Position numbers and translations under genes: made by a program. From contig CAVSDB010000001.1 of the NCBI GenBank assembly GCA_963726755.1, positions 1,407,384-1,471,383 of the forward strand: a stretch of DNA of 64,000 nt, in the 5' to 3' direction. How positions within the stretch are numbered: position 1 is the stretch's first letter; every line of letters begins with the position of its first letter. A model generated the notes under the pieces. The model did no database searches and was not told the DNA's origin. It saw only the letters and a list, made by a program, of their open reading frames with translations. Origin of the DNA: an uncultured Actinomycetota bacterium (GTDB taxonomy: Bacteria; Actinomycetota; Actinomycetes; JAHEKZ01). Of the stretch, positions 1 to 10,430 are shown piece after piece.

Positions 1-49
1 GAGCGCGCACCCCGGTCTCGGTCATCTACCCATTGTGACACCCCGCGGA

Positions 50-2722
50 CTACCCCAGCAGCCGTCGGGCAGGTAGGTCGGTACGGCTGACCGGGGGTTC
101 GATACGGCCGCGCGCCCCGAGGACCGCCGTCTGCTGTGACGAGACAACAATCGGGCGCAACGACAACTGCGCGATTTCGGGAAGATCGTCAGCCATTCGT
201 CCGATCCGAGCGATCACGTCGCGTAGCCCGGACAGATCGAGATCGGTGCCGGTTTCCTCCTCGTCCAGCAACCCGGCAGCTTTCGGCGTTGCGATGAGTC
301 GTTCGACGTCCACGTCAGTCAGTGGGGGGATCGCGTACGCGCGATCGCCCAGGACGTCGTACGCGACCCCTAACAGTCCGAACGAGACCACCGGACCGAA
401 CAGTTGGTCCTCGACGGTCTCGATAACCACTGCTGCGCCGGGTGGTGCCTGACCTTGAACCACGAACTGGTCATAGTCGAGCGACTGCAAGTCAGCCATT
501 CGCGACGCGAACTGATGGCGCACGTCCGACTCCGATTCGAGGTCAAAGAAGATGCCACCGAGATCACTGCGCAGTCGTAGGTGCGCATCCGCGGTCTTCA
601 GGACGACGGGATAGCCCAGGTCGTTGGCAGCGGCGACCGCCTCGTCAGGTGAATGGGCGATACGACGCGGCCAGAGGTTGACGCCGTAGCAACCCAGCAG
701 GCGGGTGAGGTCTTCATCGTCCAGCTCTCGACCAGCTGGCGCATCACGCAACCATTCGGTGACGAGTGCCCGTGCCCGATCGACGTCAAGCCCCGCAGGA
801 TCAACCGGAGTGCCCGCGTCCGTTCGCCGCCACAACGCGTAACTGTTCGTCGCAGATAGCGCACGCACAGCGTCCTCCACGGCTGCATAAGTCGGGACGC
901 GTCCGACGTTCAGTCCGCCACCTGGCGCCAGTTGTCTCATGAGTGGATGGCTTCCCTCGACGGCGAACAGCACCGCAACGATGGGCTTAGCCGCCCGATC
1001 AGCGACCCGGATCAGCGCATCGGCGACCGACTCCCCCGTGTCATGCAGCCCAGGCACATACATAGCAAGAATTGCGTCCACCGCGGGATCGTCTACGGCA
1101 CCAGCGAGCGCCTTCTCGAAATCGGCGGCATCGCCCTCCGCCGGGAACGTCAGTGGCGGCTCGACCCATCGCATGCCGCTGGCGTCAACGGCGTCCGCCG
1201 CCATCAGGGTCATCGCGTGAGAGTTGCTCATGGCTAGCACCCGATCGCCTTGGGGTAAGGGCTGCGAGGCCAATAGCTGCGCCACGTCGTACATCTGCGC
1301 CAGCGTCTCGACTCGGATGACTCCGGACTGCGCGAACATCGCTTCGACAGCACCGGTCGAGAGCCGTGACGTGCGTGGCGTCGACCCAAGGGGGACGCCT
1401 TGGGTGCTGCGTCCGGCTCTGACCGCGACGACCGGCTTGCGTTGCCCGAGCCGGCGAGCGAGTCGGCTGAACTTACGGGGATTACCGATGGACTCGAGGT
1501 AGAGCATCACGACTTCGGTGCGGTCGTCCTGTTCCCAGAACTGCAACAGGTCGTTGCCGCTGATGTCCGCGCGGTTACCCGCGGAGACGAACGACGACAG
1601 TCCGAGGCCGCGGTGCTCCAATGCATCAAGGAGCGAGACACCAAGCGCGCCCGACTGCGCGAAGAACCCGACGACGCCCGCTCGAGGCACGACCGGTGAC
1701 AGCGAGGCATTCAGCGAGACACCCGCATCGGTGTTGATAAGTCCGAACGCATTTGGGCCAATCATCCGCATGCCACTGGCACGAGCGAGATGAACCAGCG
1801 CTCGCTGACGAGCCAACCCCTCGTAGCCACTGTCAGCAAAGCCAGCAGATACCACAACGAGGCCGTGCAATGACGCGCGCGCCGCGTCGTCGATGACTGA
1901 CGCCACGACGTCGGCTGGGACCGCCACAAGCGCCAGGTCCACTTGCGTGGGAATGTCGGTCAACGACGCGTAGGAGGGGATGCCGGCAACCGTTGTGGCA
2001 TTTGGGTTGACCACAAACACCGATCCGGTAAAGCCGCCGTCCAGGACGTGACGCAACATGTCGTGACCGATCGAATGTGGATCGCGTCCGGCACCGACCA
2101 CCGCTACCGAACGTGGACGCAGCAGCCGGGCCACTGACTCGGCTTCAGCTCGCTGCTCACGGGAGTGAGATACCGCCAACGACGACGTCGTGGGACGAAT
2201 GTCGAACTCGAGGTTGACCACGCCCTCGGTGATCTCGGAACAGGGCGTGTACCCGGCGTGGTGAAACACCTCGAGCATCCTGGCGTTGTCGGGCAGTACC
2301 GACGCAACGAACCGACGAACTCCGCGCTCGCGGGCGGCCTGAGCGATGTGCTCGAGGAAGATCGTTCCCAGACCACGACCCTGGTGGTCGTCCCTGATGA
2401 CGAAGGCGACCTCAGCTTCGCCTTGTCCGGTCCGTTCGTACCGGACGACGCCGATGATCTCCTCGTTGACTGTCGCGACCAGCGCCACTCGGTCGTGATA
2501 GTCGACGTGCGTAAATCGTTCGAGGTCCCGTTCAGTGAGCCGGGGGTACGGTGCGAAGAAGCGGAAATAGATCGTCTCATTAGAGAGGCGGCCATGGAAC
2601 GCCAGCAGTAGGTCGCCATCGTCGGGGCGCATCGGACGCAAATGACAGGTGCCGCCGTCGCGCAATACGACGTCGGCCTCCCATCGCTGTGGATACCCCG
2701 CAGGTGCCGCCACGGTCCTCAC
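50..2722 (-). CDS. Bifunctional GNAT / ADP-forming acyl-CoA synthetase-like protein (Pat/PatA-type protein lysine acetyltransferase, N-terminal GNAT)
   Basis: N-terminal GNAT domain (AEVAFVIRDDHQGRGLG), CoA-binding domain (PRSVAVVGAGR, GMRMIGPNAFG, SSFVSAGNRAD) and C-terminal ATP-grasp (GYPVVLK, FGPVVSFG). Start moved to GTG 2722, which has a TAGCGT -10 box 7 nt upstream and avoids overlap with parC. Confidence 0.88.
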   Translation of the reverse strand: MRTVAAPAGYPQRWEADVVLRDGGTCHLRPMRPDDGDLLLAFHGRLSNETIYFRFFAPYPRLTERDLERFTHVDYHDRVALVATVNEEIIGVVRYERTGQGEAEVAFVIRDDHQGRGLGTIFLEHIAQAARERGVRRFVASVLPDNARMLEVFHHAGYTPCSEITEGVVNLEFDIRPTTSSLAVSHSREQRAEAESVARLLRPRSVAVVGAGRDPHSIGHDMLRHVLDGGFTGSVFVVNPNATTVAGIPSYASLTDIPTQVDLALVAVPADVVASVIDDAARASLHGLVVVSAGFADSGYEGLARQRALVHLARASGMRMIGPNAFGLINTDAGVSLNASLSPVVPRAGVVGFFAQSGALGVSLLDALEHRGLGLSSFVSAGNRADISGNDLLQFWEQDDRTEVVMLYLESIGNPRKFSRLARRLGQRKPVVAVRAGRSTQGVPLGSTPRTSRLSTGAVEAMFAQSGVIRVETLAQMYDVAQLLASQPLPQGDRVLAMSNSHAMTLMAADAVDASGMRWVEPPLTFPAEGDAADFEKALAGAVDDPAVDAILAMYVPGLHDTGESVADALIRVADRAAKPIVAVLFAVEGSHPLMRQLAPGGGLNVGRVPTYAAVEDAVRALSATNSYALWRRTDAGTPVDPAGLDVDRARALVTEWLRDAPAGRELDDEDLTRLLGCYGVNLWPRRIAHSPDEAVAAANDLGYPVVLKTADAHLRLRSDLGGIFFDLESESDVRHQFASRMADLQSLDYDQFVVQGQAPPGAAVVIETVEDQLFGPVVSFGLLGVAYDVLGDRAYAIPPLTDVDVERLIATPKAAGLLDEEETGTDLDLSGLRDVIARIGRMADDLPEIAQLSLRPIVVSSQQTAVLGARGRIEPPVSRTDLPARRLLG

Positions 2723-2852
2723 CCGATGCACGCTAGCCGGATCTGGCCGACGAAGTACCCGTCCGGCCGGGTCGCTGACCATGATCGGGAAGAAAGCCGG
2801 AAGAATGGGCGGTCGCAGCCCCCGCGATCGACCCCGAGGAGAACCGCACCGC

Positions 2853-5288
2853 ATGGCCCGACGTTCGTCCAAATCGCCGCCCCCGGACGACTTCACTGAG
2901 TCCATCGTCGACGTCGATGTCGCGACTGAGATGGAAGGCAGCTTCCTCGAGTACGCCTATTCGGTCATCTACTCGCGCGCTCTGCCCGACGCCCGCGACG
3001 GCCTCAAGCCAGTGCACCGCCGGATCCTGTATCAGATGGACGACATGGGGCTCCGTCCCGAACGAGGCCACGTGAAGTCCGCCCGGGTCGTCGGCGAGGT
3101 CATGGGGAAGCTGCACCCGCACGGCGACACCGCCATCTATGACGCCCTAGTGCGCATGGCGCAACCGTTCTCGATGCGGGTCCCCCTAGTCAACGGACAC
3201 GGAAACTTCGGCTCGCTCGACTCCGGACCTGCCGCGATGCGGTACACCGAATGCCGACTCGACGCCGCCGCCATGTTGATGACCGGCTCGATCGACGAGG
3301 ACGTCGTCGACTTCTCCCCAAACTACGACGGCCAGCTACGCGAGCCGGTGGTTCTACCTGCCGCATTCCCCAACCTGTTGGTCAACGGCGCCTCTGGCAT
3401 CGCAGTCGGCATGGCCACCAACATGGCGCCCCACAATCTCGGCGAAGTCATTGCCGCGGCCCGTCACCTCATCAAGCACCCCGATGCCACCACCGACGAC
3501 CTCATGCGGTTCGTGCCAGGACCTGACCTCCCGACCGGCGGCAAGATCGTCGGACTCACTGGCGTGCGCGAGGCGTACGAAACTGGCCGTGGCAGTTTCC
3601 GGATCCGGGCAACCACGCGGATCGAAAGCGTCACACCGCGACGCAAGGGCATCGTCGTCACCGAACTGCCCTACGGGATCGGACCCGAGCGTGTCGTTGA
3701 GAAGATTTCCGATCTGGTGCGGGCCAAGAAGTTGCAGGGAATCTCAGACCTCATTGACCTGACAGATCACGAACAAGGATTGCGGCTGGTCATTGAAGTC
3801 AAGAACGGGTTCAACCCCGACGCCGTCCTGGAGGACCTGTACCGGCTGACCCCGATGGAGGACTCCTTCGGGATCAACAACGTGGCGCTGGTTGATGGCC
3901 AGCCTCGAACGTTGGGGCTGCGCGAGTTGCTGTCGGTGTACGTCACGCATCGCATCGAGGTCGTGCGTCGTCGGTCAGCGTTTCGCAAGCGCAAAGCTGC
4001 CGATCGACTGCACCTGGTCGAGGGTCTGCTCATCGCGATCATTGACATCGACGAGGTCATCCAACTGATTCGCGGATCGGACGACACTGCGGCGGCGAAA
4101 GCCCGACTCATCGAAGTGTTCGACCTCAGTGACGTCCAAGCGACGTACATCCTCGACATGCCACTGCGACGTCTCACCAAGTTTTCGCGCATCGAACTCG
4201 AGACAGAGCGCGACGAACTCAACGCCACCATCGAAGAACTCAGTAACCTCCTCGACGACGAGAAGTTGCTTCGCACGGTGGTTTCGGACGAACTCGCCGA
4301 GGTCGCTAAGACGTTCGCAACACCCCGACGCACCGTGCTCCTCGAATCCGCCGGTCAACCCCGCTCGATCGGCCTACAACTCGAGGTCAGTGACGATCCC
4401 TGCTTGGTGCTGATGTCGTCGACCGGGCTGCTAGCCCGAACAACCGACGATGCCCCGCTACCGGATGGCGGAACTCGTACCAAGCACGACGTGGTGGTCT
4501 CCGTCGTCGCCTCGTCAGCTCGTGGTGAGGTCGGGGCGATCACGTCGGCTGGACGCATCAAACGCCTCCAAGTGCTCGATCTACCGACCCTGCCGGCAAC
4601 CGCCAAGGCACCGAACCTCGCCGGTGGTGCACCGCTTGCGGAGTTCGTCGAGCTCCAGCCCGGCGAGCGGGTACTCAGCTTGGTCAGTCTCAACGGCGAC
4701 GGTCCAGACATCGCGCTCGGTACCGCGAACGGTGTCGTCAAGCGTGTCACCCCCGACTTACCGAGCAACAAGAACGAATGGGACGTCATCTCGCTGAAAG
4801 ATGGGGATCGAGTGGTCGGCGCGGTCGAGATCACGTCCGACGACGTCGACTTCATCTTTGTTACTAGCCAGGCGCAGCTTCTACGATTCCCGGCTGGACA
4901 GGTGCGTCCGCAGGGACGGCCCGCGGGTGGCATGGCGGGAGTCCGGGTAGGTGCGGGCGACAGCGTGGTCTACTTCGGAGCGGTTTCCGCTAGCGACGGC
5001 GGCGAACTCGTGACGGTCGCGGGTCACTCGTCTGCGCTGCCAGGTACGGACCCAGGCTCGGTCAAGGTCAGCCCACTCGATGTCTACCCAAGCAAGGGGC
5101 GTGGCACCGGAGGCGTCCGGTGCCATCGATTCCTCAAGGGCGAGGACGCACTGACGTTGGCCTGGGCTGGCGTTGGTCCGGCCCGAGCCGCGGCCGCCAA
5201 CGGCGTACCGCTGGACCTACCGGCACCCGACCCCCGTCGGGACGCCAGCGGAACCCCGTCCCCCCAACCCATCGCCGCCATCGCCTAG
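2853..5288 (+). CDS. parC: DNA topoisomerase IV subunit A (GyrA/ParC family)
   Basis: Motifs [21 protein letters not shown], active-site AAMRYTE and [16 protein letters not shown]; C-terminal pinwheel lacks a canonical QRRGGKG GyrA box; convergent with a GyrB-like gene, as in actinobacterial topo IV loci. Start taken at ATG 2853. Confidence 0.9.
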   Translation: MARRSSKSPPPDDFTESIVDVDVATEMEGSFLEYAYSVIYSRALPDARDGLKPVHRRILYQMDDMGLRPERGHVKSARVVGEVMGKLHPHGDTAIYDALVRMAQPFSMRVPLVNGHGNFGSLDSGPAAMRYTECRLDAAAMLMTGSIDEDVVDFSPNYDGQLREPVVLPAAFPNLLVNGASGIAVGMATNMAPHNLGEVIAAARHLIKHPDATTDDLMRFVPGPDLPTGGKIVGLTGVREAYETGRGSFRIRATTRIESVTPRRKGIVVTELPYGIGPERVVEKISDLVRAKKLQGISDLIDLTDHEQGLRLVIEVKNGFNPDAVLEDLYRLTPMEDSFGINNVALVDGQPRTLGLRELLSVYVTHRIEVVRRRSAFRKRKAADRLHLVEGLLIAIIDIDEVIQLIRGSDDTAAAKARLIEVFDLSDVQATYILDMPLRRLTKFSRIELETERDELNATIEELSNLLDDEKLLRTVVSDELAEVAKTFATPRRTVLLESAGQPRSIGLQLEVSDDPCLVLMSSTGLLARTTDDAPLPDGGTRTKHDVVVSVVASSARGEVGAITSAGRIKRLQVLDLPTLPATAKAPNLAGGAPLAEFVELQPGERVLSLVSLNGDGPDIALGTANGVVKRVTPDLPSNKNEWDVISLKDGDRVVGAVEITSDDVDFIFVTSQAQLLRFPAGQVRPQGRPAGGMAGVRVGAGDSVVYFGAVSASDGGELVTVAGHSSALPGTDPGSVKVSPLDVYPSKGRGTGGVRCHRFLKGEDALTLAWAGVGPARAAAANGVPLDLPAPDPRRDASGTPSPQPIAAIA

Positions 5289-5308
5289 CCCAAACCCCCA
5301 AACCTTTT

Positions 5309-5367
5309 CTAAGAACGACGCGCTCTCCCACACTGGCGCAACAAACTCAGCATTCATGCTGTGGAAA
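5309..5367 (+). repeat. ~60-bp dispersed intergenic repeat, copy 1 (downstream of the parC stop)
   Basis: CTAAGAACGACGCGCTCTCCCACA-CTGGCGCAACAAACTCAGCATTCATGCTGTGGAAA aligns with the reverse complement of 63542-63601. Confidence 0.9.
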
Positions 5368-5423
5368 ACTCCACGATTGGACGCCGTGCACTCCCGTCCG
5401 CCAGCCCGCACTAGCGTGACTTC

Positions 5424-6275
5424 GTGGTCACCTGCTCGTCTCAATCTCGTGCTGCGGGTGAGCCATTGGCCGGGACTGCACCGCAAGCTCGGCTGTGGGT
5501 GCTGCTCGAACAGCCCGGACCGTGGGGACGACGGGCCGTGCTGGAAAGTCACCTCGACCACGACATCGGACGCCTGCTGGCCGAGTGGGCCGAACCGCAT
5601 CCGGTACGTCTCGGGCTGATCAGACGCCCCGGTCGGCACGCCGACATCATCGGTGAACTGCCTCGACGCACGCTGCTGATCGCCCGGGTCGATCCCAGTC
5701 ACCAATGGCTGCGCACCGAGACGCTCGCCGACCCGCGAGAGTTGCTCGACCTCGACCCGACGCAACTACTCGCCGACGACGCCTTCACCCCACCCCACGC
5801 GGCGGGCAGTCCCCTGCTCGCGGTCTGCACCAACGCGAAGCGTGACCAGTGCTGCGCCGTTCGCGGACGTGACCTGGCGCATCAACTCGACGCCGCGCAT
5901 CCCGGACGGGTCTGGGAGACGTCGCATCTGGGCGGTCACCGGTTCTCCCCCACGCTGGTCTCACTGCCCAGCGGCTACCTCTACGGCGGACCGGACGCCG
6001 GCAGCCTCACCACGGACGCCTGCCGCGGCCGCTCGACGCTGACGCCTCCAGCGCAAGCAGCTGAGCTCGCCGCCCTACGTCACCTCGGATACGAACACCC
6101 GGAGCCCCTGACGGTCTCCGCCCGCGACGCCTCGACGTGGACCGTCGAGGACCCCGCGACCAACACTCAACTCACCGTCTCGGTTTCGACAACTACCGTC
6201 GACGAGCCGCGCCCCGAGTCGTGTCTGAAACCAGCCAAGTCCTGGGAACGCATGACGGCGCACGTCGACCCCTAG
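5424..6275 (+). CDS. Sucrase/ferredoxin-like (thioredoxin-like 2Fe-2S, Apd1/Aim32-type) protein
   Basis: Motifs EPLAGTA, WVLLEQPGPWG, VCTNAKRDQCCAVRG, WETSHLGGHRFSPT; leaderless-type TAGCGT 6 nt before GTG. Confidence 0.85.
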   Translation: MVTCSSQSRAAGEPLAGTAPQARLWVLLEQPGPWGRRAVLESHLDHDIGRLLAEWAEPHPVRLGLIRRPGRHADIIGELPRRTLLIARVDPSHQWLRTETLADPRELLDLDPTQLLADDAFTPPHAAGSPLLAVCTNAKRDQCCAVRGRDLAHQLDAAHPGRVWETSHLGGHRFSPTLVSLPSGYLYGGPDAGSLTTDACRGRSTLTPPAQAAELAALRHLGYEHPEPLTVSARDASTWTVEDPATNTQLTVSVSTTTVDEPRPESCLKPAKSWERMTAHVDP

Positions 6276-6330
6276 AGGCAAAGAACGACGCGAGCAGGCA
6301 GGATGGAGACGACCAACGAAGGAGGCGCGC

Positions 6331-6885
6331 ATGGCAGTCAGCTCAGCACTGATCCCGTTGGGTACGTCAGCGCCGGACTTCTCGCTCCCTGACCTGACGG
6401 GCACAAAACGCACCCTTGCTTCGTTCGACGAGCACGACGTCTTGGTCGTGATGTTCTCGTGCAACCACTGCCCATACGTCCAGCACATCGAAACCAAACT
6501 CGCCGAGGTTGCACATACCCTTCCGGCCGTCATCGTCGCCATCTGTAGTAACGACGCCGACACTCACCCGGACGACGCCCCGGCGGGTCTAGCCGAGCAG
6601 GCATCGCGAGCGGGCTGGAAGTTCCCTTACCTCGTCGACACCGACCAGACCGTCGCCCGGGGGTACGGCGCGGTGTGTACTCCGGACTTCTTCGTCTACG
6701 GCCCGGACCGACGACTTGCGTACCGGGGTGCATTCGACCAATCGACGCCAAGCAACGGGCAACCGCTCGACGGCTCGCTGCTTGTCGACGCGGTACACCG
6801 GATCGCAAGCGGACAAGCCGTACCTGAACCACACCGTCCAAGCATGGGATGCAGCATCAAGTGGAAGCCGGGGATGGAACCGTGA
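6331..6885 (+). CDS. AhpC/TSA thioredoxin-family (peroxiredoxin-like) protein
   Basis: Motifs APDFSLPD, FSCNHCPYV, GAVCTPDFF, SMGCSIKWK; GGAGG RBS upstream. Confidence 0.88.
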   Translation: MAVSSALIPLGTSAPDFSLPDLTGTKRTLASFDEHDVLVVMFSCNHCPYVQHIETKLAEVAHTLPAVIVAICSNDADTHPDDAPAGLAEQASRAGWKFPYLVDTDQTVARGYGAVCTPDFFVYGPDRRLAYRGAFDQSTPSNGQPLDGSLLVDAVHRIASGQAVPEPHRPSMGCSIKWKPGMEP

Positions 6886-7403
6886 CCGACTACCCCGCCG
6901 CCTTCGAGGACGTCTTCGCCGCCAACCGCGAGTTCGCCGCGACGTTCGACGAGGGTCACCTACCAGCCTTCGCAGCGCGCGGACTGGCCGTCATCACCTG
7001 CATGGACTCCCGGTTGGATCCGTTGCGCATCCTGGGACTGCGGCGAGGCGACGCGAAAATCCTGCGCAACGCCGGAGCACGCGTGACCGGTGACGTCCTG
7101 CGAACGCTGGTACTAGCGGTGTACCTGCTCGGAGTCGATCGCATCCTGGTCATGCCACATAGCAACTGCCGAATGGCGCAGTCGAGCGAGGATGAGATTC
7201 ATGCGCTCATCAAGCGCGAGTACGACGTCGACACGCGCAGTCTTGAGTTCCAGACCGACACCGACCAACTCAGCGCCCTCCGCGGCGACCTAAACCGCAT
7301 CGCCGCCAACCCTCTGCTGCCGAAGACCGTGGCGATCGCAGGCGCACTCTTCGACGTCGGTACCGGCGTGCTTACCTCAGTCGAGTTCGACGACGCTCGC
7401 TGA
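6882..7403 (+). CDS. Beta-class carbonic anhydrase
   Basis: Zn ligands in TCMDSR and HSNC, plus RNAGARVT; GTG start overlaps the upstream stop codon. Confidence 0.88.
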   Translation: MTDYPAAFEDVFAANREFAATFDEGHLPAFAARGLAVITCMDSRLDPLRILGLRRGDAKILRNAGARVTGDVLRTLVLAVYLLGVDRILVMPHSNCRMAQSSEDEIHALIKREYDVDTRSLEFQTDTDQLSALRGDLNRIAANPLLPKTVAIAGALFDVGTGVLTSVEFDDAR

Positions 7404-7413
7404 CGCCGAGTCG

Positions 7414-7692
7414 TTAGCTCGCGTTCTGCATCCGCCACTTGCCGCCGGAACTGTACGTTCCGATGTCGAGAAGCACTCCGAGCAGCACGACTAACCAGCC
7501 GATTCCGCTGACGTGCCCAATCGGCGCGTACGCGATGGCGAACATCAGCGCCGTCCACGGCAGGAGGATCAACCCTGCCAGCGGTACCCACCAGTTGGAG
7601 AACGCCTGGTCCACCTCGTCGGTGAAGATCCAGGCGAACACGAACGCGACGCGCGGACCGATCAGACCCATCAACAGCACGATGCAGCACAT
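7414..7692 (-). CDS. Small integral membrane protein
   Basis: Three hydrophobic segments (GPRVAFVFAWIF, GLILLPWTAL, LGVLLD); start taken at ATG 7692. Confidence 0.7.
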   Translation of the reverse strand: MCCIVLLMGLIGPRVAFVFAWIFTDEVDQAFSNWWVPLAGLILLPWTALMFAIAYAPIGHVSGIGWLVVLLGVLLDIGTYSSGGKWRMQNAS

Positions 7693-7751
7693 GGTCAGCG
7701 ACCCTATCGCCAAAGTTGCTAGACGGGGCGGGCGCTATAGCGCCCGATTTG

Positions 7752-7788
7752 CCTAGCAACTCGCCGGGGGAACGGCCCGGCCGCGAAC
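7752..7788 (-). terminator. Putative GC-rich stem-loop after parE
   Basis: CCGGG...CCCGG inverted repeat immediately downstream of the parE stop; no clear U-tract. Confidence 0.35.
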
Positions 7789-9876
7789 TCAGGCGTCGAT
7801 GCGCGAGCGGTCCAGCGATTCGGCGCCCTGGACGATGAACGACCGCCGCGGTGCGACCTCGTTGCCCATCAACAAGTCGAAGACGTCGGACCCCTGCTCG
7901 GCGTCGGACAGCGTGATGCGACGTAAGGTGCGACGTCTTGGATCCATCGTCGTCTCACGAAGCTGGTCGGCGTCCATCTCGCCCAACCCCTTGTAGCGCT
8001 GGATCGGGTCCTTAATCCGCTTGCCCTTGCGCTGGAGGTCGGCCATCAGTTTGCGCATCTCGGCATCGGAGTACGCGTAGATGTACTCGTTCTTCTTGCC
8101 ACCCCCGGTGACGACCTCGAGTCGATGCAGCGGCGGGACGGCGGCATACACGTAGCCCTTTGCCAACAGCGGACGCATGTATCGGTGGAACAACGTCAGC
8201 AGCAACGTACGGATGTGTGCCCCGTCGACGTCGGCGTCGGTCATGATCACGACTTTTCCGTAGCGCACCTGGCTGACGTCGAAGGTCCGCCCTGAACCAG
8301 CACCCAGCACTTGAATAATCGACGCACACTCCGCGTTGCCCAGCATGTCGCTGACGGACGCCTTCTGGACGTTCAAGATCTTGCCGCGAATCGGCAGCAA
8401 CGCCTGGAACTCACTTGATCGCGCCAACTTGGCTGTACCCAACGCGCTGTCACCCTCGACGATGAACAACTCGCTGCGCTCGACATCCCCACTACGACAG
8501 TCCGCGAGTTTGGCGGGCATCGAAGACGTCTCGAGTGCGTTCTTTCGTCGCTGCAACTCTTTGGACTGTCGTGCGGCGATCCGCGTACGGGCTGCACCGA
8601 CGACCTTTTCGAGAATCGCGCGGGCTTGCGTCTTCTCGGCTCGACGGGTGGACGTTAGCAATCGCGTCAGCTCGCGATGGACTACGTGCGACACGATGCG
8701 AGTAGCGGCCGACGTACCGAGGATCTCTTTGGTCTGGCCCTCGAACTGCGGTTCGGACAGCCGAACCGTGACTACCGCGGTCAGGCCTTCGAGGACGTCA
8801 TCCTTAACGACCGCGTCGTCAGCGGTCTTCAGCAACTTTGACGCCCGCAACTGCTCGTTGAGGGTGCGAACCATCCCGCGCTCGAAGCCCGAGAGGTGCG
8901 TACCACCCTTTGGCGTTGCGATGATGTTGACGAACGAGCGCACGACGGTGTCGTAACCCGTCCCCCAACGAAGCGCGATGTCGCAAACAAGTTCGCGTTC
9001 GACTTCTTGCGGGGTCATGTGACCTTTGGCATCGAGCACCGGCACCGTCTCGTGGAAGTGACCTGTGCCATGAAGCCGGATTACGCCACTGACCGCCTCG
9101 TCGGGGGCCAAGTATTCCGCGAACTCACCGATACCCCCGTCGAAGTGGAAGGACTCCTCGAACACCTCAGCACCGCGAGCATCCTTGATGTACAAGGTGA
9201 GGCCGGGCACCAAGAACGCCGTCTGGCGAGCGCGGGAGTGCAATTCGTCGAGCGACACTGTGGCATCGGGCAGGAAGATCTCGCGGTCAGCCCAGTACCG
9301 GATGCGGGTCCCCGTACGTTTCTTGGCGACCTTCCCGACCACCCGCAGTCCCGACCGCTTCACGAACGCAGCATCGTCGCCAAGCTCGGAGAACTCCCCC
9401 GCCACACCACGTCGGAACGACATCGTGTGCACTTTGCTGTCGCGATCGACCTCGACGTCCATGCGGGACGCCAACGCGTTCACCACCGATGCTCCGACAC
9501 CGTGCAACCCGCCGGATGCCGCGTAAGAGCCGCCGCCGAACTTGCCCCCAGCGTGCAACCGGGTCATAACGACCTCGACCCCGGTTAGCCCCGTCTTCGG
9601 CTCGATGTCGACCGGAATCCCGCGACCGTCGTCGCTGACCTCGACCGAGCCGTCAGGGTGGAGTTCGACGTCGATGCGATGGCAATGCCCGGCCAACGCC
9701 TCATCGACGGCGTTGTCGATGATCTCCCAAACGCAATGCATGAGCCCGCGCGAGTCAGTGGACCCGATGTACATACCGGGACGTTTGCGAACCGCCTCGA
9801 GCCCCTCGAGTACCGAAAGGTGTTTCGCGGTGTACCCGGCGGTGCGCTTGGTGGGGGATTTACTGGCGGCGGGCAC
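7789..9876 (-). CDS. parE: DNA topoisomerase IV subunit B (GyrB/ParE family)
   Basis: Motifs LEGLEAVRKRPGMYIG, EIIDNAVDE, GGLHGVGASVVNALA, EGDSA, LPIRGKILN, MTDADVDG, QRYKGLGEM. Confidence 0.92.
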   Translation of the reverse strand: MPAASKSPTKRTAGYTAKHLSVLEGLEAVRKRPGMYIGSTDSRGLMHCVWEIIDNAVDEALAGHCHRIDVELHPDGSVEVSDDGRGIPVDIEPKTGLTGVEVVMTRLHAGGKFGGGSYAASGGLHGVGASVVNALASRMDVEVDRDSKVHTMSFRRGVAGEFSELGDDAAFVKRSGLRVVGKVAKKRTGTRIRYWADREIFLPDATVSLDELHSRARQTAFLVPGLTLYIKDARGAEVFEESFHFDGGIGEFAEYLAPDEAVSGVIRLHGTGHFHETVPVLDAKGHMTPQEVERELVCDIALRWGTGYDTVVRSFVNIIATPKGGTHLSGFERGMVRTLNEQLRASKLLKTADDAVVKDDVLEGLTAVVTVRLSEPQFEGQTKEILGTSAATRIVSHVVHRELTRLLTSTRRAEKTQARAILEKVVGAARTRIAARQSKELQRRKNALETSSMPAKLADCRSGDVERSELFIVEGDSALGTAKLARSSEFQALLPIRGKILNVQKASVSDMLGNAECASIIQVLGAGSGRTFDVSQVRYGKVVIMTDADVDGAHIRTLLLTLFHRYMRPLLAKGYVYAAVPPLHRLEVVTGGGKKNEYIYAYSDAEMRKLMADLQRKGKRIKDPIQRYKGLGEMDADQLRETTMDPRRRTLRRITLSDAEQGSDVFDLLMGNEVAPRRSFIVQGAESLDRSRIDA

Positions 9877-10045
9877 TCGGTATCTGGCTCCTCGAAGTCG
9901 TGCGCTGAACAGCGTGAAAGCGTCCCGCCCAGGATATCTGGGAGCTCAGACGAATCCGGTGACCGACCGGCCCGTTGATCACCGGGCAAACCGCATTGCG
10001 CCGCTTGGGTGATCTTCTGCGCACTGGCAGCCCAATTCGGCGTGT

Positions 10046-10061
10046 CGTGACTCAGATCACA
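10046..10061. promoter_or_regulatory. CRP/GlxR-like site
   Basis: CGTGA-CTCAGA-TCACA, a 9/10 match to TGTGA-N6-TCACA, in the divergent intergenic region. Confidence 0.5.
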
Positions 10062-10189
10062 CCCATTCATCGGTGAGTGTGTACGCCAATGGCGAACCCG
10101 TTTACGTAGGTCGGCGGGAAGCGTCGGAGTGTGGTGGGATGTTGTTCTGACTGGGACCCCTCACAGGACCCCGGACGAGAGAGAGGCGC

Positions 10190-10412
10190 GATGACCACTG
10201 CTGTGGCGAGCCGAACACCACTAACTGCCGCTGACCGCTGCGATCGCTGCGGGGCGCAGGCGTACGTACGTGTCCGACTAATTACCGGTGAGTTGCACTT
10301 CTGCGCCCACCACGCCAAGCAGTTCGAGCCGAACCTCAAGAAGATCGCCGTTGAGATTGTCGACGAGACTGATCGGCTCGTGGCAACTGGCGACTCCGGG
10401 AGCGACGTCTAG
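10190..10412 (+). CDS. Small conserved actinobacterial Cys/His zinc-finger-like protein (DUF7455-type)
   Basis: LTAADRCDRCGAQAYVRV...LHFCAHH; usual neighbour of parE; start at ATG 10190 after GAGAGG. Confidence 0.85.
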
Positions 10413-10430
10413 CGTCGTCCGGCGAGTCAC

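Noticed and set aside
2649-2905. Apparent head-to-head overlap of the 951-aa and 879-aa ORFs
   Set aside because: The N-terminal extensions are low-complexity Arg/Pro/Ser reads. Better starts at 2722 (-) and 2853 (+) remove the overlap.
2853-9876. Calling the topoisomerase genes gyrA/gyrB
   Set aside because: They are split, convergent and near sigA rather than in a dnaA-recF-gyrB-gyrA context, and the A subunit lacks a canonical GyrA box. This fits actinobacterial topo IV.
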